From a virus (taxonomy: Duplodnaviria; Caudoviricetes): a DNA stretch of 64,000 nucleotides. Below, in pieces: positions 6,699 to 17,127 of this stretch. Under the pieces are notes generated by a model. That model ran no database searches. It was not told where the DNA came from and saw nothing but the letters and a program-made list of their open reading frames with translations. The position numbers and the translations under genes are program-made. The stretch spans positions 74 to 64,073 of the IMG/VR virus record IMGVR_UViG_3300021957_000026. One strand, written 5' to 3'. Positions within the stretch are counted from its first letter, which is position 1. Every line of letters starts with the position of its first letter.

Positions 6699-8992
6699 GC
6701 TTTTTCTTTTATATCCGACAAGTTTATCAATGATTGTCTCTCAAGCAGCTTGTCTGTAATAAATTTGTTGATTACAGACTCAATCTTTTCTTCCAAGATA
6801 CTTAAAGACGATATTTTACTGCAAAAATCTTTTATAAAATTAAATTTAAAATCTAGAGAAACACAGCTAGCAGAAAGAGAGTTCTTTATCTTATTCAATT
6901 TTTGCCACAAAACCCTCCTAATATCTTTCTCCGTCAACTTGTGAAGAAATAATTCACAATCAAAATATTGTTTTAACTCTGAGAAGACCACAGATTCAGG
7001 ATCTTCCAAGTCTGAATTAAACCCCATAGATTTCGACTCAACCAGAGAACTCGTCAAGAATATTTTGCAATTTGTAAAATCTGCTATATCGCCATTGCTC
7101 ATCTGGATCTGACCTTCTTTAAATATCTGAGCGAACAAAGTCTTTGCTGATGCATGTACCTTGTGAAAATCATCTATAATAATTATACTATTAGGGTGTA
7201 TATCAACCTTCTCGCACAAAGATGTATTGTTATTCTTCTCTGAAGCTATCTTATAAGACGCCAATTCATCTGAAAAATGGACTCCGTTGTAAAACAATAT
7301 ATTAGCTCCACTTTTCTCTAAATCTTCTTTGAGTAAAGAGCAGAAAAAAGTCTTCCCTGTAGAAGATGCTCCACTTAGACAGTAAGTGCTTGGAGAAGAA
7401 TTCTGCTTGTTGTTTAACTTAAAGTTAGAAATGAAAATCTCCTTTTCTAAATCTTTTATCATTTTCTTATGGCCAACAAAGGTCTTAGAAAGATTAGAGA
7501 CGACATCTTCCAATATATTAGGTTTACATAAAGGATTCTCTTTCTTTGAATAAAAATCTTTTAAATGCTGAGTCGTTACTTCTGGAGCTGTATCAGACAT
7601 CTTCTCAGACCAACTCTTTAACCTAGTACTCATACAAGACATTAGATCTTGATAAACTCCTCCTGAAGAAATACTCGTTACGATTTCATCTTGGAGTTCT
7701 TTTATCTCTGGGTCTAAATCCCAATAATTAACTTTAGATTGCGCCCCACAGTGATCTATAACATCTATAGCCTTATCTGGATAATACTTATTGGGAGTGT
7801 ACTTCTCACAGTAGTCCATAACACTATTTATAAATCCTTCTGAATATTCTACGCCATGAAAATCTTCATAATACTCTGTTATAGAAGGTAATATTTGCTT
7901 CATTTGAAACTTGGAGGGCTCCTTGATAGTCACCCTTTCAAATCTACGGTCTAAAGCAGAATCTTTTTTAATTGTGTTTGTATATTCGTTTACAGTCGTC
8001 GCTCCAATACAACTGACTGTACCACGAGCCAATTCAGGTTTAAGGATGTTAGAAGCTTCAAGGGAATTTTCTGTAGTACCTCCCGCTCCGACTAACGTAT
8101 GTATTTCATCTATAAAAATAATAATATTATTATACTTTTTTACCTCGTTAACAAACTTCTCCAAACGCTCTTCAAATTGACCCCTATACTGAGTGCCTGC
8201 GACCATGCTAGACAAGCTCAGAGAATAAATAACTTTATTCGCTATTAACTCTGGGACTTCCCCGTTTACAATCTGAGAGGCTAAACCCTCAACAAGCGAA
8301 GTCTTACCTGTACCTGCTGGACCAACTAAAATAGCATTTGGCTTCTTCTTCCTACAGAGAATTGTAGCTATCTCAGAGATTTTATCGTCGAAATCGACTA
8401 TTTTATCAAACTTTTTGTTTGCAGCTTTAATGTTTAAATTTTCAGAAAATTCAGCCAAGATCTTGTTTTCTTCAAACATATCTATTATATCATCTGGATA
8501 ATCCACACTCTCTTCTTCAGCCCCTTCATTTTCCAAGGAGAGATCAGAGTCTTTGATAAAAAGAGTAACATCTGTCACAATATCAGCCAAAATAGAATCA
8601 GACATTTCGGAGTCTAATTCTGCTATACACTTAGGAGCAGTATCCCTGTTGAAGAAATTAAGCAGGAATATCTCTGGAGGGATATAGTCAAGATCATACA
8701 CCTCGTAAGCAGTCTGCTCACAATTTTGAAAAAACTCCCTTACTTTAGGAGAATACCCCGAAGAACATTTTTTAGTCTTCTTTTTAGAATCGATAACTCT
8801 AGCAGAGTCATATCTAAGAATCTCAATTAGACTATACTTTTCTAAAATTGAATCACAAGAAAGACTTGGGTTCGAAATAAAACTATGGAATAGAATGTCT
8901 AAGTCTAAATTATACCTATGAAGTTCCTCCGTAAGTGCTTTAGCATTCTCAATAACCCCCTTCATCCCCGCTGTAAATTTATACTCTGTCAT
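6695..8992 (-). CDS. clpC: ClpA/ClpC-family Hsp100 AAA+ ATPase
   Basis: Clp-N-like region; GPAGTGKT, YRGQFEERL, FIDEIH, ILKPELARG, IGATT, ALDRRF, PDKAID; second AAA domain GASSTGKT / IIDDFH; SMGF loop. Confidence 0.85.
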   Translation of the reverse strand: MTEYKFTAGMKGVIENAKALTEELHRYNLDLDILFHSFISNPSLSCDSILEKYSLIEILRYDSARVIDSKKKTKKCSSGYSPKVREFFQNCEQTAYEVYDLDYIPPEIFLLNFFNRDTAPKCIAELDSEMSDSILADIVTDVTLFIKDSDLSLENEGAEEESVDYPDDIIDMFEENKILAEFSENLNIKAANKKFDKIVDFDDKISEIATILCRKKKPNAILVGPAGTGKTSLVEGLASQIVNGEVPELIANKVIYSLSLSSMVAGTQYRGQFEERLEKFVNEVKKYNNIIIFIDEIHTLVGAGGTTENSLEASNILKPELARGTVSCIGATTVNEYTNTIKKDSALDRRFERVTIKEPSKFQMKQILPSITEYYEDFHGVEYSEGFINSVMDYCEKYTPNKYYPDKAIDVIDHCGAQSKVNYWDLDPEIKELQDEIVTSISSGGVYQDLMSCMSTRLKSWSEKMSDTAPEVTTQHLKDFYSKKENPLCKPNILEDVVSNLSKTFVGHKKMIKDLEKEIFISNFKLNNKQNSSPSTYCLSGASSTGKTFFCSLLKEDLEKSGANILFYNGVHFSDELASYKIASEKNNNTSLCEKVDIHPNSIIIIDDFHKVHASAKTLFAQIFKEGQIQMSNGDIADFTNCKIFLTSSLVESKSMGFNSDLEDPESVVFSELKQYFDCELFLHKLTEKDIRRVLWQKLNKIKNSLSASCVSLDFKFNFIKDFCSKISSLSILEEKIESVINKFITDKLLERQSLINLSDIKEKA

Positions 8993-11550
8993 TTTCCTTT
9001 AGTATCCTTCAACTTCATTAAAACCTTTGTCTCTATAATCCTGATTGTATTCACGAAATGAGTAGAATCATTCTTAACGGCATTTAAAACTAAAATATCT
9101 TCTTTCTTTACTTTATTGTGCTCTAAAAAATTCGTAAGCTTCTCTTCCCTTCGATTGTCCATCAATAAAAACCTACAAGATGCAGTGTTATCGGAAGCTT
9201 CAATCAGCATATACTTATTCCCATTTTGAGAAGTCTTCGTGAAAAAATCTTTTACTTGGCAGACTGTTTTAAACAGAGTCTGATTAGATAATTCACCAAT
9301 TTCTTTCAAAGACTGAACTTGCCCCCCCAAAGATTCGACGAAACAATCTCTTAGTTCATGAGAATAACTATAACCAAGCAAGCTGTTCTCATACCACCAG
9401 TCAGAAAATTTTTGATGTTTAATGTTCTCTTTGTACATCTCCCTGTACCTTGAGTATTTTTTCTTAAATGTCTCAAATCGACTCTGTTTCATGATGGGCC
9501 TGTTATCGTCACCCAAAGCTTGTGTCTCTACAACTTCTGAAATGGAGTTCAAGATATCAAACCCAAATCTTTCTCCCATCTTTACAAAATTTCTTTTTTC
9601 TCTATCAGTAAGCAAGTTAAATGATTGAGCTTCTAAAACTAGTCTACTTCTATCCTTATTGTCTTGGTCCATAGCCCCAGCTTGGATTAAAGCTGACAAT
9701 ATAGAAATATTAATTTTACATTCCTTAGCAGCTGTGAAAACCTCGTACTTATTGTTGAATTCCATGCCTCTGAAATCAACCAAGCTTTGCAGTGACTTTA
9801 TGGAAATACCTTTGATGCTATTTAAGCCGTAACGAATATTCCCATCTTCGATCTTGAAGTTAATAGAAGATTTAAATAAACTAGGCGGTAAAAGCTTAAC
9901 CCCAAAATCAGAAAGCTCTTCATTCACTCCAGTAATAGTACCTAAAGGATCTGGCTCAAATTCAGAAGACTCAAGAACAGATAAGAAAAACTCTCTAGGA
10001 TACTTGTATTTTAAATAAACTGTTTTCGCAGCCAAAGATGCGTAAGCAAAGCTGTGAGACTTATTAAAAGAGTAGTTCGCAGAAGCATCTAGAGCACTCC
10101 AATAAAAATCACTAATTTCAGAACTTAACCCCAACCCCTCTGCAGCTTGATAAATCTTATCTTTCCAAGCTGGCATTTCATCAACCTTTTTCTTACCAAC
10201 AATTCTACGAAGAACCTCTGCCTCCTCTAAAGTAAGCCCAAATACTTTATGAGCAATCTGCATTAATTGTTCTTGGTACAAAATAACATTCTTAGACCAA
10301 GAAAGAATCTCATCTAATTCTGGATGCAAGTTTAACTCTGTAGGCGAATACTTCTGTTGACAATAAGTATCTACAAATTGCAAAGCAGCAGGTCTACCTA
10401 AAGCCACAACATCAGAAAGCTCATCTAAATTTAATGGCTTAACTGTTTTGCATACTTGGAAGTTAGTATCCGCAGAGATTTGGAACAGGCCAACAGGATG
10501 ATTAAAGTTTTGGAAGACCTCGTAAACATACTCGTCATTTGGATCGACATCTTCTATTGTGATTCCTATTTTTTCACAAGTTTTGTGAGCAATAGTCAAA
10601 GTACGAAGTCCCAAGATATCAAACTTAACCATTAAGTCTGCTACATCGTTCATATCATAACCTGTAACTAAATCATCGTCTTTTGTCTTCTGAAGTGGGA
10701 CCACATCTTGAATAGTTTGAGAACAGATAGCGATACCTGAAGGATGCACTCCAGTATTCTTAATTAGATTTTCTATTTTTCTGGCGTTCTGATAAGTTAC
10801 CGTGTTTTTCGAAGCCCATTGATCAAACCTCTCGTTATCTTGCCTTGATTCCTCTAGAGAACATACCTTGCCATGTTGCTTGGGGATCATATCGCTGACT
10901 CTGTTAGCCTCGATCTCTTTAACAGCATTGAAATATTTAGTAGCTTCCCTTATACAGAGTTTAGAAGAAAAAGTGTTAAAGGTTAAAATTTTTGCAGTCC
11001 TACCTTCATGCTTCTCTTCGATATATTCGATAACCTTTTGTCTTTTTTCGTAGCTGATATCTGTGTCAACATCTGGCAATAAACTCCCAACCAAGAACTC
11101 TTTACCTTTTAGATCCTTTACAGTCTTAGCTCGACTCTTAGATACAAATCTCTCAAAGAATAAACCATGAGGTATAGGATCAATATCTGTAACACCTAAA
11201 AGGTACAGCACAAGAGAACCTGCCGCAGATCCTCGACCAGCCCCTGTAGGGATATCGTTTTCATGGCAGTAATTTAAGATATCCCAGTTTAGTAAAATAT
11301 AATCGGTAAACCCCAACTCCTCAAATGTTTCCAACTCCTGTTCCGCCCTCTCAAAGTAAACAGATTTATTAGGTTTTTTTACAAATCCTTTCTCTCGCAA
11401 AGCTCTTCTCGTAAGCTCATACATAATCTCTTTTGTAGAGCTATCTGAATCTAAGCCTATAGAATCCAAAACTTTTTTATCAACCAGTGTCTTGGGGAGT
11501 TCTACCCCAGCTGGCTCACAATCATCGTAAGTGGTAAAATCTTCAAACAT
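8989..11550 (-). CDS. dnaE: DNA polymerase III alpha (DnaE) catalytic core lacking the PHP domain
   Basis: GAGRGSAAGSLV, FERF, PDVDTD, HPSGI, KFDILGL, YQEQLM, YSFNKSH, IRYGL, C-terminal OB fold. Confidence 0.93.
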   Translation of the reverse strand: MFEDFTTYDDCEPAGVELPKTLVDKKVLDSIGLDSDSSTKEIMYELTRRALREKGFVKKPNKSVYFERAEQELETFEELGFTDYILLNWDILNYCHENDIPTGAGRGSAAGSLVLYLLGVTDIDPIPHGLFFERFVSKSRAKTVKDLKGKEFLVGSLLPDVDTDISYEKRQKVIEYIEEKHEGRTAKILTFNTFSSKLCIREATKYFNAVKEIEANRVSDMIPKQHGKVCSLEESRQDNERFDQWASKNTVTYQNARKIENLIKNTGVHPSGIAICSQTIQDVVPLQKTKDDDLVTGYDMNDVADLMVKFDILGLRTLTIAHKTCEKIGITIEDVDPNDEYVYEVFQNFNHPVGLFQISADTNFQVCKTVKPLNLDELSDVVALGRPAALQFVDTYCQQKYSPTELNLHPELDEILSWSKNVILYQEQLMQIAHKVFGLTLEEAEVLRRIVGKKKVDEMPAWKDKIYQAAEGLGLSSEISDFYWSALDASANYSFNKSHSFAYASLAAKTVYLKYKYPREFFLSVLESSEFEPDPLGTITGVNEELSDFGVKLLPPSLFKSSINFKIEDGNIRYGLNSIKGISIKSLQSLVDFRGMEFNNKYEVFTAAKECKINISILSALIQAGAMDQDNKDRSRLVLEAQSFNLLTDREKRNFVKMGERFGFDILNSISEVVETQALGDDNRPIMKQSRFETFKKKYSRYREMYKENIKHQKFSDWWYENSLLGYSYSHELRDCFVESLGGQVQSLKEIGELSNQTLFKTVCQVKDFFTKTSQNGNKYMLIEASDNTASCRFLLMDNRREEKLTNFLEHNKVKKEDILVLNAVKNDSTHFVNTIRIIETKVLMKLKDTKGK

Positions 11551-12164
11551 TATAGTCCCATCGTTTTTTTAAGCTCAACAAAAACCTTGTAGCACATCTC
11601 AATATCGTACATGGCATTGTGTAATTTTTCCTCGTCGAAGTCAATCCCAAAGTATTTCAGAAGTTGATTCTGAGATACTCTAGACTTCAAGCTCCTGTCA
11701 TGAATTATTTTGTATTGCCAACTAAGAAAGTTGTTTTTGGGCTTTCTTAATTCTTCTCTACATGCCTTACCTAAAGCACGAGTATCGTATATGCGATTAA
11801 GGTAAGAATAATCTGGAGTTTCCCCCAACATTCTCTGCAATTCAGCTATCATATAAACATCAAATCCAAGTAGATTTTGCCCTATAACCTTGTATTGAGG
11901 ATCGTACAAATATTTCTTAAAGTCACCCCATACTTTTCTAGGACTTTCTTTAACCTTATTATAATAATCCCAAGAAAAGCCTGTCAATTCTTCAATGTAA
12001 GGGGAAACCTCAAGGTTTTTAAAACTAATATATCTATCATGTCTTTCTAGAACCCTGTTGCCTTCACAGACAATCCAAGCCAACTGCCAAGGTCTAGAAG
12101 AATGAAGATTTAATCCTTCTGTCTCCGTATCGAAGACAATATATTTTTGATTATACGGTAGCAT
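11550..12164 (-). CDS. DEDDh 3'-5' exonuclease (DnaQ/epsilon-like)
   Basis: ExoI VFDTETEG, ExoII GQNLLGFD, ExoIII HNAMYDI; likely start MLPYNQ at 12164. Confidence 0.88.
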   Translation of the reverse strand: MLPYNQKYIVFDTETEGLNLHSSRPWQLAWIVCEGNRVLERHDRYISFKNLEVSPYIEELTGFSWDYYNKVKESPRKVWGDFKKYLYDPQYKVIGQNLLGFDVYMIAELQRMLGETPDYSYLNRIYDTRALGKACREELRKPKNNFLSWQYKIIHDRSLKSRVSQNQLLKYFGIDFDEEKLHNAMYDIEMCYKVFVELKKTMGL

Positions 12165-12876
12165 CTTTATAAGACTCCCAACAGAATTCATCTGAACAGA
12201 AGTGATCTAAGTTAGGTTTGTGAAAAACAGGCGATCTGCCACCAGAGCGATTACAAACAGCCTTGTACATTTGAAAAGCATGGAAGTCATCCTTGTTTTT
12301 GTAGAAAATACTTTTAGTCGGAATTGTCTTAATACCAGCTACACCACCATCTACAATAGTATTATCCAAATCTTCGATAGCTCTTTTTAATTGGAAATCA
12401 AACGGATGCTTGTTGTCCTCCGAGAAATAAACATGGTCTAGATTATCTAGGTTTAAATGAGACATCCCAAAATGAAATAAATTATTATAAATATAAGAAT
12501 CATAGAATGGGACTGCCACTTTAATATCCAAGAAGTCTTCTTTAGTGTGATCCCCAAGTACCAGAGCTTTTTGAGTGCTAACATAAGCTTTCGTATAAAG
12601 ATCTCTGATCTTCTTCATCCCCTTGTTATTCTTCGCAAAGAAGATTAACTTACTAGGAACTTCGTCTGACTCGTCATTGATGACAGGAAGCCTAATGCCA
12701 AATATTAACTTAATACTTCTATCTCGAAAAGCCTCGTTAAACTTCCTAAAACCGTAGAAAGTGTCCTCGACCAAGACGACTTCTTTTAACGAATTTATCT
12801 CAGCGATATTTATAATATTGTCCAGCGTTAGGATAGACCTCCCTACGCTAAACTGGCTCTTAAACAGTGGGATCAC
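12151..12876 (-). CDS. Stand-alone DnaE PHP domain (degenerate metal site)
   Basis: FKSQFSVGRSIL...LVED..YGF...KLIFG...LIFFAKNNKG..I follows the DnaE N-terminal PHP pattern; HxH ligands absent. Confidence 0.8.
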   Translation of the reverse strand: MIPLFKSQFSVGRSILTLDNIINIAEINSLKEVVLVEDTFYGFRKFNEAFRDRSIKLIFGIRLPVINDESDEVPSKLIFFAKNNKGMKKIRDLYTKAYVSTQKALVLGDHTKEDFLDIKVAVPFYDSYIYNNLFHFGMSHLNLDNLDHVYFSEDNKHPFDFQLKRAIEDLDNTIVDGGVAGIKTIPTKSIFYKNKDDFHAFQMYKAVCNRSGGRSPVFHKPNLDHFCSDEFCWESYKDATV

Positions 12877-12882
12877 GCAATG

Positions 12883-12911
12883 ATCTTAGAGAAGATCTTG
12901 ATCCTTGTCAA
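12883..12911 (-). promoter_or_regulatory. Sigma70-type promoter of the polymerase operon (leaderless)
   Basis: TTGACA-17 nt-TAAGAT, 6 nt before GTG start 12876. Confidence 0.7.
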
Positions 12912-13932
12912 ATGAAAACGAAGGGCATCCAGAATATTGCCTTTGCTCAACCTTAAATCCCTTCCCCTCTTCTTTCAAGACTTCTAGATCGCGCTTTGTA
13001 TAAGAAGACTTTACATAATTGCCTTCTTTATCTACTAGCATAAAGTACTCAAAAGGAAACTTAAAAGGACAATGCCACATGAGATCCCCATTCTTTTTCA
13101 ACTGCCCCACTCTGTCTGCTCTCCCGCAGACTATCTTGCCAGCAAAGCCATCTTCTTTTTTAGGATAACCCTTATCCCAAGCCAACCCACTTTTAGCTGT
13201 ATGTTCGCTAAAGTTGTTTATAACTTGCTGGATCTCTGTTAAGAAATACTCAAACCCCTCTAGGTCAACATCGTCTAAACGCTCCATCTCCAAAAGACCC
13301 TCCCCCTTTAGGTCAAACTTCAAAAACAAAAATTCCATCTGGCGCTTTAAATATTCTGGATAGAGATACTTTATCGCGAGACAGTACATAAAGTCTTGCA
13401 TATTATCTGTATACTCCTTCCCCTCGAAGATACTCTTGGAGGTTTTAAAGTCACGGATAACAGCAGTCTTCTTTTTCTTAAAGAGAAAGAGCTTATCGAT
13501 GAATCCTAATATTCGATAATTCTTACCTTCTTCATTTACAGAGATATCAAAGTCCTTCTCAGAAATACCTTCCGTAGGCTTGCCATTTTCATCTCCAAAA
13601 AAATCAAAATTTAAACCCTCAACTGTCATCTTGTTGATCAAGTCCATATTTTCGAAATCCGAAATCTCGTACTTACTTGCGTACGCTTCCACCATTCTCT
13701 TAATCGGAGGGCTAACATTAATGTCCTGAGCTTTAATGATAGCCTTGTAGTGTTTCCTGTGCCTTGGATTCCCTAAGTTCTCGAAAATCGCATGACAGAT
13801 TGTCCCTCTAAGAGAACCGTGATTGGACTTGTCAGGTAACCTTAAATGATACTTAGCCCAGTATTGCCAAGTACAAGTTTGTAGTGTCTTTATCCTAGAC
13901 GCTGATAATGGCTTATTGACTGTCTCAGGCAT
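12886..13932 (-). CDS. PD-(D/E)XK exonuclease (RecB/Cas4-like)
   Basis: LSASRI..C, GTICH, GFIDKL, IRDFKTSK, Q..Y, C-terminal Cys residues. Confidence 0.8.
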   Translation of the reverse strand: MPETVNKPLSASRIKTLQTCTWQYWAKYHLRLPDKSNHGSLRGTICHAIFENLGNPRHRKHYKAIIKAQDINVSPPIKRMVEAYASKYEISDFENMDLINKMTVEGLNFDFFGDENGKPTEGISEKDFDISVNEEGKNYRILGFIDKLFLFKKKKTAVIRDFKTSKSIFEGKEYTDNMQDFMYCLAIKYLYPEYLKRQMEFLFLKFDLKGEGLLEMERLDDVDLEGFEYFLTEIQQVINNFSEHTAKSGLAWDKGYPKKEDGFAGKIVCGRADRVGQLKKNGDLMWHCPFKFPFEYFMLVDKEGNYVKSSYTKRDLEVLKEEGKGFKVEQRQYSGCPSFSFDKDQDLL

Positions 13933-14968
13933 AGTGAAATTTAAACTTCTTTTCAAACTTCTTGAGATTAGCAGCAAAAGATTTATTGACTCCTTTTGTA
14001 TTCATCTCTTTAGCGAAATCCAAAACACGGGACATGGAGTCCTCATGAGACATATTGTAGCTAAAATCAACATATTTTTCTATATTTAATTTACTCATTT
14101 CCCCAAAATCATTTTCTGGAGGCGGGGAAAAATAAATATTCTCAAAATCAATTATATCAATTAATTTAAATATAGATTTAATAGCTCCTTGAAAGCCCCT
14201 GTTTGAATCTGATTCGAAATCATTATTAAAGGCTAAATAGATTTTGTTTATTGGTAGGGAGTTTAGCTTTGAGATAAACTTCGGAGAGATGTTCAACCCA
14301 AAAGAAACGAGTACATTTTTCACACCCGCTTCGTACAATGAGATACAGTCACCGATAGATTCCACTATGTGAACAGAACCAGAATCTATGATAGCATCTT
14401 GTATATCCTGTATAGAGAAAAATGGATAAAACCAATTAGAACACTTGCCCATATGCAGCCATTTAGGTCTTTTGTCGTCCGTAACTTTCCTTCCAGAAAA
14501 TCCATGTATGCGACCGTCCTGTCTCAATATGGGGAAGATTACCCTCTGGTACATTTTCCCAGACATAGCCAACCCACAGCGAAACTTCTTTAATGTCGAT
14601 TCTGAGATCCCTCTATCAAGGTAGAAATCATAATGAGGTAGCAATCTATTTAAAGACGATGTTGGATATGTTTTTTCTTCAGTCAAAAGATTTTTTTTAG
14701 GGATTCTGTGATTAATTGTTACACTATCCTTCTTGATATAAGAAGAAATGACTCCTTTGTCATTTGTATTTAAAGTCTTTTGGATGAGAAGTTCAAAAGG
14801 AAGAAACATAGAGTCTTCCACGAAGTCCTTCCATACACCCGTATCCTTATAGATTTGAAGAGCGGTAGAATTATCCCCCGCCCTATAAACAGCGTTGGTA
14901 CGCCAGTAAGACCCATGATCTTTAAGCCTATAACCTAGATCTTCAAGGATTTCTCTATAATCAATCAT
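13925..14968 (-). CDS. dnaG: DNA primase (DnaG-type TOPRIM)
   Basis: RGI, RVIFPI...GFSGR, PKW, IVESIGD, FNND; adjacent to helicase. Confidence 0.8.
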   Translation of the reverse strand: MIDYREILEDLGYRLKDHGSYWRTNAVYRAGDNSTALQIYKDTGVWKDFVEDSMFLPFELLIQKTLNTNDKGVISSYIKKDSVTINHRIPKKNLLTEEKTYPTSSLNRLLPHYDFYLDRGISESTLKKFRCGLAMSGKMYQRVIFPILRQDGRIHGFSGRKVTDDKRPKWLHMGKCSNWFYPFFSIQDIQDAIIDSGSVHIVESIGDCISLYEAGVKNVLVSFGLNISPKFISKLNSLPINKIYLAFNNDFESDSNRGFQGAIKSIFKLIDIIDFENIYFSPPPENDFGEMSKLNIEKYVDFSYNMSHEDSMSRVLDFAKEMNTKGVNKSFAANLKKFEKKFKFHYA

Positions 14969-16505
14969 TCCTCAATAGGACTGGAATAGAATCAACTGGC
15001 CCACCTGACTCAACATTAACATCAATATTATTCATCGAATCAACCACATCCTGTAGATCACCCCTCTCTGTTATTCTAAAGTTCTGCATATGCAGGTTTA
15101 TGAAATTAGACCTGTTTGTACCATCTGGCATTTGAACTGGATTTATAGCCCTCAAAGCATCCCTACCCAAATGCCTCGCCTTTAGGTTTACTAACTTATG
15201 CGTTCCGAAAGACTCTCCTTCTTCATGGATTTCTTCTGCAACTTTCTTTCTCAATAAAAACAAGTGAGAACAAAATTGAGTAATACCATCTGACAACGAA
15301 ACAACACTTTCGTCATCTACTATGTTATTAGCTTGGCGATTGTTTGTGATGCCAAGTCGATTAGATTGAACAGAAGTCAACATTGAAACACATGGCTTCC
15401 CATCAAAAGAGAGATCCCTATGGATAGTCTGCTTAAACTTATGAACCATATAGGATACCTGTTGCCAACCATCTCCTTTACCCATATTCCCAAAATCACT
15501 CTTGATATAATCAAAGCTAAATATCAATGGGTTACCTCGACCTATCTTAGAGTAATAGAACCTTTTAAGAAGAGAGCACATTTCATCTGGGGACATCCCA
15601 GCTACATTCTCATAATAAAACTTAAGATTTTTTATCTTACCCCAAGCAGAACGAACTTTCTTTACAACCTCTTCGGCTGACCACTCTTGATAACTAGAAG
15701 TTCTCCATTTGCCAGTCTGAAGTAACCAGACTGGAATACCAGTCATAGAAGAACACTGTCGAAAAATAAGTTCCTCCTCGCTCATTTCTCCGTTGTCAAA
15801 GTGAAGAACAGGAACGTCATACTTTGCCGAAGTCCTTGTGGAGTAGTCCATGCAAAATTGTGTTTTACCTACCCCAGAGCGAGCTACTACAACTGAAATA
15901 TTACCCGCCAGTAAAAGAGATCCATACATTTCATTGACCCTTTGATGTGGGCCAAGCATTCCAAACTCAGTTATAGGGTTATTACCCCGCTCCTCTACCA
16001 CTTCCTCCATCATTTCGAAAAGGTTTAGAGGGCCAGAGTCAGACATCTCAAAATCATTGATGCTGTCGTTGTACATCTGATCAGCCTTCTCGACTATATC
16101 AGTGTACTTCAAACTAGGGTCTGCTTTTTTAACAAAAGAAGCCACATCCTTACATGAATTATAAATCTCCCTCCTAGCAGTGAATTTCTTCAACTCTTTC
16201 ACAGAAGCTAAGAACACCTCTTCAGATATCTTGTAGAAAGCCAAAGAATAAACATATTCAGCAACATCAATACTATCTGGGAAGCTGACTTTCAATTGGA
16301 TAATTCTTTGTATTAAAATTGTATCGTCTATAGTCTCCGCATTATCCAAAGCGTTTCTAATTAGCTTAAATATAGATATATTTACTTTAGAATCTTCGCT
16401 ATAAAAATCATTCTCTTTTATAAAGACAGAGATTTCTTCCCACTTATGAGGATGCTGAAGCAAACCACTTAAAGCTTTCTTTTCTAAGTCGTACGAAAAA
16501 ATCAT
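14961..16505 (-). CDS. dnaB: Replicative DNA helicase (DnaB family)
   Basis: ARSGVGKT Walker A, EMS, FDYI, QSNR, KARH; DnaB N-terminal domain. Confidence 0.88.
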   Translation of the reverse strand: MIFSYDLEKKALSGLLQHPHKWEEISVFIKENDFYSEDSKVNISIFKLIRNALDNAETIDDTILIQRIIQLKVSFPDSIDVAEYVYSLAFYKISEEVFLASVKELKKFTARREIYNSCKDVASFVKKADPSLKYTDIVEKADQMYNDSINDFEMSDSGPLNLFEMMEEVVEERGNNPITEFGMLGPHQRVNEMYGSLLLAGNISVVVARSGVGKTQFCMDYSTRTSAKYDVPVLHFDNGEMSEEELIFRQCSSMTGIPVWLLQTGKWRTSSYQEWSAEEVVKKVRSAWGKIKNLKFYYENVAGMSPDEMCSLLKRFYYSKIGRGNPLIFSFDYIKSDFGNMGKGDGWQQVSYMVHKFKQTIHRDLSFDGKPCVSMLTSVQSNRLGITNNRQANNIVDDESVVSLSDGITQFCSHLFLLRKKVAEEIHEEGESFGTHKLVNLKARHLGRDALRAINPVQMPDGTNRSNFINLHMQNFRITERGDLQDVVDSMNNIDVNVESGGPVDSIPVLLRND

Positions 16506-16723
16506 GGCTCCAGTTCTTTTTCTACGAAAATTTCCACCAACTTAGATAACGCCATATCTACACACGAGTTCTCTGTTTTCGAAGCTACGCTTGGTTGACC
16601 CAGATCATTAACATAAAACAAGAAAAAACCTTTATTCCCTCCGTTTGGAGAACCCGTACAATCATACATCTTTGTTAGGATTGATTGCGGTATTGCCATA
16701 ACCTCATCTTTATTGTAATTCAT
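16502..16723 (-). CDS. Hypothetical protein
   Basis: 73-aa ORF with ATGA overlaps on both sides. Confidence 0.65.
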   Translation of the reverse strand: MNYNKDEVMAIPQSILTKMYDCTGSPNGGNKGFFLFYVNDLGQPSVASKTENSCVDMALSKLVEIFVEKELEP

Positions 16724-17127
16724 ATAATATCTAAACCCTTAAGCAATTCCTCACTTAATTTATCTGACTCTAGTACTCTAGCAAGCTTTATATTATTGAT
16801 CTCGCAAAAGTACTCCTTCTTATCATCTCTCTGAAGCTGGGCTAAAAACTTTTGCCTAGAATTAGAGTGAAAAAACTTATTAAATTTATAATGTTGATTC
16901 CCGTCTACCTCAACAGCTATCTTTCGACTAGCATTATAGAAATCAAGAGTCATCCTCGTACCTGCTACGGGAAGCTCTTCAAATACAATATCTGCAGCCC
17001 AATGCTTGTAAAGAAGATCCTTAATTTTTTTTTGGATTTTGCTTCGGCAAGCTTTATCCCAATTTATCAAATACTTCGTAGAATTCTTTATCTTGTGCTG
17101 CCTACCTGTAGTTGTCAAAAATATCAT
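16720..17127 (-). CDS. DUF559/Vsr-like PD-(D/E)XK endonuclease
   Basis: LDFY...AVEVDGNQH...RDDKKE.FC..NNIKL.R. Confidence 0.75.
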   Translation of the reverse strand: MIFLTTTGRQHKIKNSTKYLINWDKACRSKIQKKIKDLLYKHWAADIVFEELPVAGTRMTLDFYNASRKIAVEVDGNQHYKFNKFFHSNSRQKFLAQLQRDDKKEYFCEINNIKLARVLESDKLSEELLKGLDII

